From Raillietiella orientalis (Eukaryota): a stretch of 64,000 bases of DNA. Under the pieces are notes generated by a model. The model saw nothing but the letters and a program-made list of their open reading frames with translations, had not been told where the DNA came from and did not search any database. Location: contig JAYWIR010000005.1 in the NCBI GenBank assembly GCA_036172245.1, positions 3,286,001 through 3,350,000 on the forward strand, read 5' to 3'. Numbering within the stretch: position 1 is the stretch's first letter; every line of letters begins with the position of its first letter. Position numbers and translations under genes: made by a program. This document shows positions 24,518-35,200 of this stretch, piece after piece.

Positions 24518-25000
24518 ACAAAATTCTGAGTCTCTTTATCTGGAATCGAAGTTCCTCTGAATCAGTATGCAAGATGCATATATCCTCCTTCGTGAAAACA
24601 AGAAGCCACCTGCACATCTCTCCCGGGATGGATCGGTCCCTCAGCAGGAAGTGCCCAAAAGCAGTAGTTCCCGATTCGTGTGGATGCCAAGGACGAAACA
24701 GGGAAGGCCAGGATCTGGAAGATGGTTTCGATCCAGGCAAGCCATTCCCGACCAAGAGTCACCTCTGGGCACGTGCACGTGAGGAGTCCTCGCGATAGAC
24801 CTCGTCGAGTGCTTAGCAAACGGGCAGCTCGCGTGCTGCTACCGCTGGGGACCCTGCCTGCTTTCGCGTTGTTCCTCTGGACATTCCAGGAAAGCCCGCT
24901 CCACGAACGCCGCGGCTCCTCAAGCCGGCTCCGTTGGCGATGCCCACGTCGGCGAAGCAGACCTCGGGGTGCCGTGGCTCGACACACGAGGAAAGGACTT
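23050..25000 (+). mobile_element. Decayed Tx1-like LINE RT to C-terminus, interrupted by an AT-rich/(TA)n block
   Basis: SLDAGRFSDR...IMKEAL, IRISGW/SETFP, TYAGSDD (YxDD-like) and SGRFSWTE; after the (TA)n come HLWARARE and LLPLGTLP. Confidence 0.6.
24454..24509. repeat. (TA)n microsatellite
   Basis: Directly visible, about 27-28 units, followed by a short (TG)n. Confidence 0.97.
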
Positions 25001-26269
25001 TGATTTGGAGTCGTTTCGGACTCCCTTTTTCGGCAAATGTTATCTTGAAGAATAGCGAGACCCACAATTACAGAGTCCCGGGCTAAACACCGCCAATTAA
25101 GGTTAATAAGATTTGAAGTCTGACTGGCTGAAAGCAGCGCTCACTTTCGCGCATCTTAAACTCTCTTAAGATGATATGCCTATCAAGAGAGAGCACGAAA
25201 GATTGAAAAGCAAAGGAGAAATCCGGGTGCTGCAGCAGCAGCAGCAGCCGATGGGAAAATTCGCTTCAAGACATCTTCAGGAACCAGGCTACGGCAAAAC
25301 CGTTCGCGGGCAACAGAGGCTGGAAAGTTTTCCACTCGAAAGGTTAATTGTGTTCCTGACGCGTGTTTTTCCTTCGATTATCATATGAATGGCTCGGAGC
25401 CATCTGCATCGCGTTGCACTCCGCCGAGCGCGAAGCTCGCTGCACTCGTCGCTTCCGAAAAGAATACGTGCGGGGAGGCAGAAAGAAAAAAAAAAAAAAA
25501 AATGAGGCACACTTTGCCCCGTGTGGAAAACAAGCAGGAATTCGCCCACTCTTCGATCCGGATGGCAGAGAACAAGTCTTTCGCAAAACTCTCCTGAGAG
25601 CAGATGGGTCCTGTCTGAGCTCACTGTTTCCGTTCCTTTTCTGGTACACGGTTGGGATGGGCACGAGAGCTCGGTTCGTATACGCCTCCTGCGGCGTACG
25701 AACCCGTCGAGAGTTCGCTACGAAGAAGTCTTAAACAGGATCGACTATGGCTCGTGCTCTCCGTATTTATTCAGGAAAACACTACGAAAAAAAAAAATAA
25801 AAGCCCACGCCGATTCGGACGTCGAGCACATCTGACGTCTGTGCGTTTGCTACCTGATCGATGGGAAGACACCTGTCTCAAGAGATCTGCTGCATATCAG
25901 CTTCCCGAGCGATTCGTCTCCCGTGATGGACGGGATGCAAAGTACCAAGTCGACCCTATCCAGGAAGTCGTGCTGCTGCGGAACCTTGCCAGCAGGGGAT
26001 CCGACCGATTGAATCTTTTCCAGCCTCCTCCTCGTCTTCCCAGAGCGCACCCGTCTCTCCGGCCCAGTTCGTGAAGGAGCGAGCGCGCACCGCCGGCAAA
26101 CGTCAGAGACCCCGATCGAAAAGAACCGCCTCGCTGAGGTGGCGTCGGGTGGGCGCTCTCGGAGGACGACCACCACCCGAGTTTCCACCACCGAAACGTT
26201 CTGAACCTCCACCAGAACAGGCAGGTTCCCCTCCTTCCCTATACAGTTCCCCCCCCGCACGCTGCACGC

Positions 26270-26465
26270 GGTTCGCCCTGGGAGCTTGCCCTCCCCCCCG
26301 TCCTGCGGAACCCGCACTTTGCCTCGAGGCAAGTCGCAGAGCTCCTTGCGTGGACGGATGGTGCGAGGTTCGCCCTGGGAGCTTGCCCTCCCCCCCGTCC
26401 TGCGGAACCCGCACTTTGCCTCGAGGCAAGTCGCAGAGCTCCTTGCGTGGACGGATGGTGCGAGG
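26270..26465. repeat. Perfect tandem duplication, 2 x 97 bp
   Basis: GGTTCGCCCTGGGAGCTTGCC...GGACGGATGGTGCGA at 26270-26366 and 26367-26463, followed by GG; each unit carries the palindrome TTGCCTCGAGGCAA. Confidence 0.95.
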
Positions 26466-27479
26466 GATCCGCTGGCAGGGTCGGCGGCGGTGCCCCGAAC
26501 AATAAAGGCGCGCGCGCCGTTCTCTCGGATGTCGTTCGTTTTCGAAACCGACGGAAGTCATCGAGGCGGCGACGGAACGAAGCGCACACATAACGTTCGG
26601 ATTTACGGATGCTGGGAGGACGAGGGAGAGGAGGAGGGGGAGAGACGTTTGCGAAAGTGCACACGGGTGCCTGGCAGTTGCCACGCTTTCGTTTCTGTAA
26701 AACGCACATCGCCTTAATGGTGTTCCCAGCGACCGTCGGCGATTGGCGGAGTCCGAAGACTATCAATTGCATGTGGTATTGAGCCGAGAGTTACAGTTAA
26801 TGATTATTGTATAATTGCAAAGATGTTCGCGGAATCGTGTTCGCAACGTGCAATTTGCTAAATCGGATGGGCATCACGATGATCAGCTGCTCGGAATCTC
26901 CGGTCGGGCCTTGAGATTACCCTCCAGCCGGATGAATGAGCGTTCCGCAGGAGACGCGGCTCGCCACGTTGTCAAGGGATTCGACGCTGCTGACTTTATT
27001 TACGCTACGTGCGTGTGCGTGGGCGTGCGCGCGCGCGCGTGCGTGCGTGCGTATCTCGGTCCCTGCGTGCGCCTGCGGTGCGTTTTTGTTGTTTTTTTTT
27101 TTTTTCTCTCTCTTCCCCCGAGGAACACTCAGACTTACTGATGCTCTCGCGGGCGTGTTCCGCACGGAGAAGCTCCGGATGCGCGCGGCGTCTCCGGAAA
27201 GGAAGCGCTCTCTTCTGAGGGGTGCTCGTGCAAGACGCGCCTTCGCAGGGGAGGAAGAGGCAGGAGAAAATCAGACCCCCCCGGATCTCCTCCCTTTCCT
27301 CTGCAGGTCCCCCTCTGCCCTTGCTGCGTGCGTTTCAGGACAGTCAACCGCGGGGAAGTTCCGATCCGTGAGCGGCTGGCTCTTACGAGGATTGCGGCCG
27401 GAGATGGAAGAGGGGATGCACACCGGTGGGTGCGAGAAAGTGGGGAGGGGGGAAGGGGACCGAGGCATGCCTCCGAATC

Positions 27480-27900
27480 TACCCTTCCCCGAAAGACGTG
27501 ACCATCCGGGTGCTCGCGTGGGAGACGTGCGTGTGCGTGCCTCGAAACTCTCAGACCTCGACCTGGAGAAACGTGGCGGCTCCCGAACGCGCGGTGATTC
27601 GCTCGCAGCCAGCCGGCCAACACCGAGTGCCAATGCTGGACGCGACTGCAGCACGAAACGACATGGACTGCTCCACACACGCACTGCCTCCCCTCACCTA
27701 CTTGGCCAAAGGATCGTTACCTCTCCACTTCCCTTTTCCGGTTGGTACGGGTCCCGGAAATCTGGTGGCGAACAGCATGCGCTGCGAAGAACGAAAGGGG
27801 AGGAAGAGAGCAGCGCGGGTTCGATTTTGCAGAAAGAGGAAGACGGGATGCGATCGGATCCTGGAAGATTCGAAGCGAACACTCCTCGCTCGAAAGGGGG
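27480..27900 (+). mobile_element. Decayed Tx1-like LINE C-terminal fragment
   Basis: PRNSQTSTWRNVAAPE resembles PEQTxxxIWQNASSPE. Confidence 0.45.
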
Positions 27901-28522
27901 GCTCGGATGGGCGGAACGTTCCTCATCTCCGCGGTGCGCTGAGCAGAACCTAACCGGAAAAGATGTGGCCGACAGCGACAGGGGTGCTCACCCGTTGAGG
28001 ATAGCGACCTGGCAAGCACTGCGGGCGGCGAAAGACATCCCTCTTCCCTCCGACCTTTCGCGTTTCTGGTTCAGACCTTTCAGTCCGATCTTCAAAGGCA
28101 AAAGGATCGGCGCGCCGTTTCGTTTCGGGGAACCAGGAAACACCCCTACGGACCTCAAGGACGCAGGCGACAACAGTTATGTTGTTGGATGATCACTCTA
28201 TTTTTGTTTCTCTTCTCTACCCTCCCTACCAGGCGGGAAAGATTCGCATCCCTCTTCGAGGGGCCGCGGAGGCAAGGTGCGGTCGCCGGAGCACCAGACG
28301 GGCCGAAACAGGAAAAAAGAGGAAACTGGGGAAGCGCGTGTTCCCCGGCTCGCTGTACACCACCACGTTATGCAGCCAGCAGCGAAGCAGTTGCATGCAA
28401 GAGAAAAGCGCGTTCTGAGCACTGGGGGAGCAGGGGGCTGCCGCTCCCCGGAAGACGGGTGGAGGGAGCGCCAAAAGAGCAGCAAAAGCAGCGTGCAAAA
28501 AGAATCCAGGGACAGCACTAAC

Positions 28523-29618
28523 CTTTGCATTCGTTCGCTTCACGGAAAGTTGCCCGCCCCCACGGCTTATCTGCATAAAACGGTTTGCACCTTTCGCAGT
28601 CCTTCCCGGCCGTGTTGTGCTTGCAGTCGCAGGCCAGCTCCTGGGTCTTGGCATCCCTCGTGCACCGAGAGGCGTGGCCGTTGCATTTGCACCTTCCGCC
28701 GACCGCGAAGTCGGATATCGCGTACGTCGTTAGAGCGTCCGGCGACGTGGTGTTGGGGGCGTCGTCGACGTAGTCGCCGGACGGCTCGTGGGGGCGGTTG
28801 AGGACGACTTTGATGTCGGTGGCGGTCACCCAGTCTCGGAGCACCACGTTGTTGTCAAAGTTGTACGCGCTGGGCCTGCCTTCCAGGGTGCTGAACGCGA
28901 TCCGGGTGGGGGAGTCCGAGGAGAGGTGGGTGTCGGTGCACAGGGCCTCTTGCTCGTTGGCTCGGGTTATGTTGGCTCCATTGAGGCGCCCGTAGACTCC
29001 ATAGCAGTCGCTGGAGTAGTACTGAAATGGCACCCAGCTGCGTCCGTAGTCCATGCTCTTGTATATGGCCAGAGAGTCCGGCTTGCGGCTGCAGAACTGG
29101 AGGCTGACGTAGGTCAGTTCGTACTTCTTCCCGAGGGACAGCACCAGCGCCACATCTTTGCTGAAGGTGCCGTTTCCTCCGCCGCCTTCGGGGTAGCTGT
29201 GGTGGTGGTGGTGGTAACGGTGCTGGCGAAAGGGGGACCGCCACTGCCAGCACGTCAGGTTGTTGGGGTTGTGCAGGTCGGTCAGGTACGCAAAGGACAA
29301 GCGCGACAGCGAGACGGACTCGTTGCACCTCTGGCAGTCGTCCGGGAGCTCGCTGCCGGCGCCGCCTCCACGCTGCTGTCCACAGGGAACCTTATCACAG
29401 TCGGACAAAACGGTCACCGGCCTGCCGAAGGCTGCGTTGACGAAACCAGGGATGCACCATTTGGGACCACTGCCCGTTATGTCGTAGCAGGGATCGGGAG
29501 AGTTCTTCTGGTGCGAGAACAGCTTGGCGAAGCTGGAGCTGCCGCCGCCGCCGCCGCCGCGAGAAGCAGGAACCACGGCGCACAGAGCCAGAAGGAACCC
29601 GGCGAAGGGGAGAAACAT
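28523..29618 (-). CDS. Net: Netrin (Netrin-1/UNC-6 family), first coding exon: signal peptide, laminin N-terminal domain VI, laminin-EGF V-1
   Basis: Translation has a hydrophobic signal (MFLPFAGFLLALCAVVPA) and hallmark netrin motifs DPCYD, CIPGFVNAAFG, LTDLHNPNNLTCW, LGKKYELTYVSLQFC, YKSMDYG, NEQEALCTD, IAFSTLEGRPSA, DWVTATDIKV, DFAVGGRCKCNGHASRC, CKHNTAGKDCERCKPF and ANECK. The exon ends AAA G|GTTAGT (GT at 28522-28521, phase 1). Confidence 0.97.
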
Positions 29619-29640
29619 TGCCGGGGTTGCGCGGCGTGCT

Positions 29641-29709
29641 GAGGAGGAGGAGGAGGAGGAGGAGGGAGGGAGGGAGGGAGGGAGGGAGGGAGGGAGGGAG
29701 GGGGGAGGG
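29641..29709. repeat. (GAG)n plus (GGGA)n simple repeat in the netrin 5' UTR
   Basis: Directly visible tandem GAG then GGGA units; G-quadruplex-prone on the + (template) strand. Confidence 0.9.
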
Positions 29710-29890
29710 CAGGGCGTGCGGTGGTGGTGGTGGCGGGGGAGGGAGGGCTGACCGCGAGAGCCTCAGTGGGGGCGAGCCAAAGCGGCCCTCACCCGACGGG
29801 AACCCAGCGGGATGAAGCTCCCATTCCTCAGCGAGCTGGCAAGCATCCGAAGAAACTCCGCGTGCTGACGGAGCACGAGCGCGGATCAGA

Positions 29891-29950
29891 CTAAAAAAAA
29901 AAAAAAAAGGAAAAAAAAGAAAAAAAAAAGGCAAAAAGAAAAGAAAAGAG
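29891..29950 (-). other. Long polypyrimidine tract ending TTTTAG: candidate 3' splice acceptor in the netrin 5' UTR
   Basis: About 58 nt of almost pure T/C on the minus strand, immediately followed by AG (29892-29891), 272 nt upstream of the ATG. Confidence 0.5.
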
Positions 29951-30059
29951 TCGCCTGCCACGACGGGAACAGCACGAGGTGAGAGAGAGAGAGAATGCGG
30001 GAGGGGGAAGAGGGGAAGAGGCCTGCGCGGAGCACTCGGCGCAATTAGCCCTCCGCGCG

Positions 30060-30200
30060 CGTTCTGCTATTGGACGAGCGACGACTCGCGGCCATGACTA
30101 CAGGTGTGTTCGGACACGCTTCCTTGTCTCTCTCCGGCATCGTGCGTCTCCGGTCGGCAGTCGGCGCGGCGCGGTCGCGCGCGCCGTCCCATTGGCTCGG
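30060..30200 (-). promoter_or_regulatory. Candidate netrin proximal promoter with two CCAAT boxes
   Basis: Minus-strand GTCCAATAG (core 30069-30073) and AGCCAATGG (core 30191-30195) in CpG-rich sequence about 450-580 bp upstream of the ATG; a (GA)n tract lies at ~29981-29994. Confidence 0.45.
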
Positions 30201-31219
30201 GGCGGCTGCAGCAGCAGCGGTGCAGCTCCACGGCCTCGCCTCTCTTAGCCGCGCTTCCGAAGCGCGCGCTCGTCCACCTCCCCTGGTGGTTTCCGGCTTT
30301 CCCTGCGTCCGATGCCGCAGGTGGAGGCCAGGGGACACCCGAGCAGGGATTCCTGGCGCTCCTCCTCTTCCCCTTCCTCTTCCCCCACGACTATACCGCG
30401 GGCGCACCCGCTTGGCCTTCCTGGAAGGAGGCGGAAAAGGGAGGGCGGTGGCAGCAGCACCCGGCAGTCTGCGGCGTTAGCGGAAAGGTAGGCGAAGAGG
30501 CTGGGCGTTCCACCTTCCGGGGGCCACCTGCTTTCCCCCGGTTTCGAGGTCCGGTCGCTGCGAGGCGCCTCGGGCGCCCAAGCGAGCGAGCGGACGGGCG
30601 CTCTGGGAGAACGGTGCGCGCTCTCATTCGAAGGGAGGGGAGCGGGGAAAGCGAAAAGTTGGAAGGATCCCCCCCTAAGGGTGAGGTGCGCACAGACAAC
30701 GGGCGACGGTGGCAGGAAACTGCTAGTCCGTGGGGGAGCGTACCTCCTTCCGAGGAGGCAAGTGCCACCGTGCCTTTGCAAGCAACCGCCATCCTCCCTT
30801 GCAGGAGCGGCGTCGGCGGGAGAAACTCCCTTCCCCCCCCCTCCTTTCCCGCGCGCGCGCATGCGCGTGCTGACGGCTTCCTCGCCTCCGCCGTCTGCTC
30901 CAGACTCGCGAGCGGCCTCGAACAAAAGAAGTCAGCCCTCCCCTCTCGAGGTGACCCGCGTTGCAAGCGCTGGGGAGCCAGGTCACCGCCTCCGCGAACG
31001 CGAGAAAGGCCCATGAGGCATGATTGCCTGTGAAGGCTCCAGTGCCGCGCTCGGTCTCGCTCAGTGCGGTTCTTTGTTGCTGGAGGTGCGTCCAGAGGAC
31101 CTTTCTCCCTCCGTACGGCGGAACTCAGAAAAACCGGAGCACCGCGTTTTTCTTTCCTTCTTTCTTCCCCCCTCCTTCCCCTTCCCTTCCTTTTTAATCC
31201 CTCTCTTCTGAGCGTGCGC

Positions 31220-32200
31220 TGGCGCTCGTTCTCGCCTTCGTCCAAAAGCAGAGCTCCATCACCAAATGCGAATTCGTTCCGAGTCACGCAGCGCTCTCCA
31301 GCATCCGCGCTGCACCAGAAGGTATCCCCAGTCAGACGTCGCCCGACTCCGCAGGAAGGGACCCCAGTCCGCGCGGACGCTTCCCGGTACGCGGGTCTCG
31401 CCTGCTGCTCGAAGACGCGACCCGGCTTCCCGAGCATCGCGGCGCGGAGGAGGAACCGTGGGAGCTCCCTGGAAGTCTAGGAGGCGGGATGAGCGTGAGG
31501 GAGAAGGACCCAAGCGCGCCCCGACACTCTAGCGGACGCATCAGAAACCTCGAGACGGCCTCCTCGGCGATCCTCTGCGCTCCAGAGCCGCGCGCGCGCG
31601 CTCTGGAGGATCCCTGCTGTTTCCCATGCCCGCGGGGTCGGCTTTCGAATGGCCCGCCGGGGATCCGAGGAAGCCGGGAGACTCGCGCGCGCGCGGCAGA
31701 GGGTGGTGATGCTGGAGGGAAGGAGGCGGGACCTGAACACAGGATCTCGAGATGACGTTCTGAGGGACCTCGACAATGGGAGCTTGGCATGTTGGTTCCG
31801 CTGAGCTCTTGACCCCGACGAGGACGCTTCCCGGCGACGAGGACAGCTCCACGGAACTAGTTCGAACAAAGAGGGTGGATGCATGAGTCACGATCCAAGC
31901 GACCGCCACGGGCACGAGCTGGGAGAGTCAGAGTGTTGCGAAGGTGCCGAAAAACCCGGCGGGAGCCGCAGACCTCTCCAGCGACCTCGGTTCCGGCAGC
32001 TGCCTCCGGCTGGTTGCCCTGAAGATCCCAGCTGCGCTTCCATCTTGCGAAACCTCCGCTCTTTCGCGGTTCTTCGGAGCAGCAACGCCTGGAACCTCGC
32101 GGCAGGAAGCCGAGTTTTCGTGTGCCTTTCGAGGGTGACCTACTACTGCTGCTGCTGCCGAAGAGTCGCGGGCTGCTTTCGAGTTCTTTCACTTTCCTTC
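31220..32200 (+). mobile_element. Decayed Tx1-like LINE RT fragment
   Basis: NSFRVTQ...HQKVSP, SRYAG, and IRNLETASSAIL (FELASGAK-like) in order. Confidence 0.45.
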
Positions 32201-35200
32201 TCAGCTTCCCGATTCTCAAAATGAGGCTTTCGCGCTCAAGAATCGTAGCTTATGGAGTTTCAAACGTAAACCGCAGAATCTTCCTCAAGCATCCACTAAT
32301 GAGAAGGAATCATCACCAAATTCGGTCAACACTTCAGAATCCATGTTTTTAAATAGATAGACGGATTAAGCTATTTCTATAAACAAAGAAGATGGAAAGT
32401 GGAAATTCTTTTGGATTCTTCCGCTTGCGCTGCTTTCCTCCCGGCCTTTTTTTCCTTTTAGTTCTCAAAGAGAGCTGAAGAACCTTAGGGTCCCCTTAGG
32501 GAGGTAACTCACGAAGCTCTTCAGCACGGTCCACGCCACCTGAGGGGGAGAGGTAACTTCAGCTGGAGCGCCGGAGGGGACCAACCTACGAACCCAGGAA
32601 GGCTCCGCAGGAAGGAGTCCGTTCCTCTTGCATTCCTAAGGAAACCCTCGCCTTGGTTGTCTACGAAGGGAACCTTTTCGTTATTCTCTCCTGAAGGGGC
32701 CACTCCTCATTTCTCCCGAAACGATCCACTCGAATTTGTTATCCGGAGGGAGCCCGCAAGGGACTCCCCCCCTTCCTCTGAAGGACACGTACAAAGTTGT
32801 CTGAAGGAAGTAGAGCGCTTTTTAAACTCTGGAGAGGTGTCAACCAACTCCATGACACGAGATGGAGGGTCTCCCCCCCTCGAGAGGGGTGGTGGTTCGG
32901 CTTCCCTTTTCACAACCAGAGGGAAACCCTGAAGGAAACCGGCTCCTTGGTTCCTGGAAGGACTCCGGAGCGTCAACTTCAAGTCTCGGACAGTCAAAGT
33001 GGGTCATCAGGTTTCCGGCTTTCGCCAGTGCCGCACCCTAAGGCCTTCAGGCCAACCAGTGTCATCTTGCGAGGTGGGATGGCGGGACTCGAAAGCCACG
33101 AGGCACCCTCTATTCTCGGCGTCGATCCTCCGCGTGGGGATTCGAACCCTCAACCGCTTGGTACCGACCACGCGCGGAGAGAGCGGCTACACGGACGCCA
33201 ACGCGGGCCTGGGTGGTGAGACGCAAGAACAAGAGGTGCTTCCCAGATGCATGCATACCGACGAAGAATCAGAGTCTTCAGCACGCGCCAACGTTTTGGA
33301 TTTTGCAGTAAGACAGCAGCTGTCCACCGGTGCGCAGTTACGAACGTCATCCACCGAATCGAATAAACAGCCGTACGGTTTCCTGGAATGAGAAACCTGG
33401 AGCTTCCGAAGCTCAAATGAAGTTTCGAACATTTCCTCGGCAAACTGAGACTGTCGCAGCTTCCGGGTGACAGAAAACCTTGCCCTGCGAGAGGACTGAG
33501 AATGGATGCAACGATATCTGCTGAGAAATCTCTCCTAGATACTTTGAATCGCCACTTGCATTCAAAGCAGAAAGCACTCTTAAAAGCGGAATACGTTGAA
33601 AATTCGTCCACCGGATGAAAAAAAGAAAAAAAAGAAAAAATGGAAGATGGACCCAAAACAAACGAGGATGCATAGTGTGGAAGGAACTTGTCCTTTGGTA
33701 TCCCCTCTCCCTGATCCAACGCTTTCCTCTTTACGGATTCAAGAATGCATTTTCACGAGCAGACCTCCTGTGTGCTGAGGGACCGACATGACGCCATTCA
33801 AAACGGCGAGATATCAGTGGACGCAGAGCTGCAATGGGAAGCAAATTCATCTCTTCACGTTCGAAGCGCTTCATCATAAAGCACCTACGCATCTCAGGTT
33901 CTCCACGAATCGGGAGGGGCACATATTTCGAAGATCGTTACTCATCCGTTCAACGTGAGCGCGAGCGGGATGAAGCTCAATGCAGTAAACACAGCAGATA
34001 CCGATGTTTCCAAGTTCAACCGACCGGCATTCTCATTTTATGGACTCCGGTCCCGGTTCCAACGAAAAAGGGGAAAGTGCAACCATCCATTAACACGATG
34101 GCACTTTTTCCAGCACTTTTTTCTTGATGCCAGTCGGTGGCTACCGTCTTCGATGGGATTGGTAAATACCGCGTCTTTATCATGCAGCTTCGCACAGCGG
34201 CAGTACCACCATCACCGGAGACAGGTCTTACCCAGTTGCGGTCTCCTGCTAGTTCGAAACTCCGTTGGGACTGAAATGGCGTAAAACGAGAGGGAACTCT
34301 TGCTAGCACCTCAAGTTCGGGGCACGCAAACTCGTCGAAATGCACTGCGTGATACATTAGGTATGCTGTGGGCACGTAATGAGCACTTCTGCTCCCGGTA
34401 AGTCGAGGCGGAAGATCGGTAACTTCCGGTGGTGGGCGAGAAATCGCAGAATGCATGTATCTTGAAAGTGGCCCCTAAACAAATTGACTCCTTCCGAAAA
34501 AATCAAAATTAAAAATACAACAGCAAATACGGCGGACGTGCAGAATGCTCGAAGCTCGTCTCATGATCATCGTACGCTTTAAACAGCTTCTAGAAGTGGC
34601 AGATCGTGCAAATTTCGTTAGACCTAAGGATGGGTTTGAGTGAGTTGGCAGTTTTTTTTTTTTTTTTAGAAAAAAAAAGGGGGGAGGAAGGGGGGGGGGG
34701 ATTTGGTGTTTTTTCCGTATTAGTCCAATCCTATCTGTCGAGCAGATGTCGAGTCTTCGAAACCCAAGCTGATAGGAAGGGAAGCAAAAAACAGTAACGG
34801 AAGATCACAGGTGATTACAGCCTCCCAGGCTGACCGTCGTCGAAACGAAATTAGACGGCTCCGTCAGTGCGGTTGAATCTATTCCCAGACAAAAGTTGCT
34901 TTTCTACCTTTTACTCTGGCAAGCCTTAATTAATCCATTCCCACTTATTTCATGAAGCGATGGTTCGACGAGCAGGGATGGATTCCGTCTTTCGCATCCG
35001 AGTGATCTCAACTTCGTCTGTCTTTATTTGCAGGTTCTCGCCATCGCCTTCTCACCTGTCCTCGGCCTTTTCCCAGTTGCCTGTCACCGTAGTGTGTGTG
35101 TTGAGAATAACGTGACGACGTATCATTTCTCCTTTTGTTATGGGTGAGGACCCTTAACCCCCCAGCAGCTAGGAAGCATTCTCAGCTCGCTCTGGTGTTG

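Larger units (their letters stand above)
8468..28522 (-). other. Netrin intron between the first two coding exons (20,055 bp, GT-AG)
   Basis: Canonical GT and AG ends with matching phase. No further netrin-like exon was seen between them. Confidence 0.88.

Noticed and set aside
25930..26270. Possible RT remnant (GWALSE...NRQVPLLP)
   Set aside because: Resemblance too weak to list as a feature.
26270..26465. CRISPR-like interpretation of the palindrome-containing repeat
   Set aside because: Two fully identical units with no spacers, no cas genes, and a eukaryotic context.
26936..28192. 418-aa + strand ORF
   Set aside because: Runs through simple repeats and a LINE relic in another frame; no domain.
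28788..29642. 284-aa + strand ORF
   Set aside because: Antisense shadow of the netrin exon.
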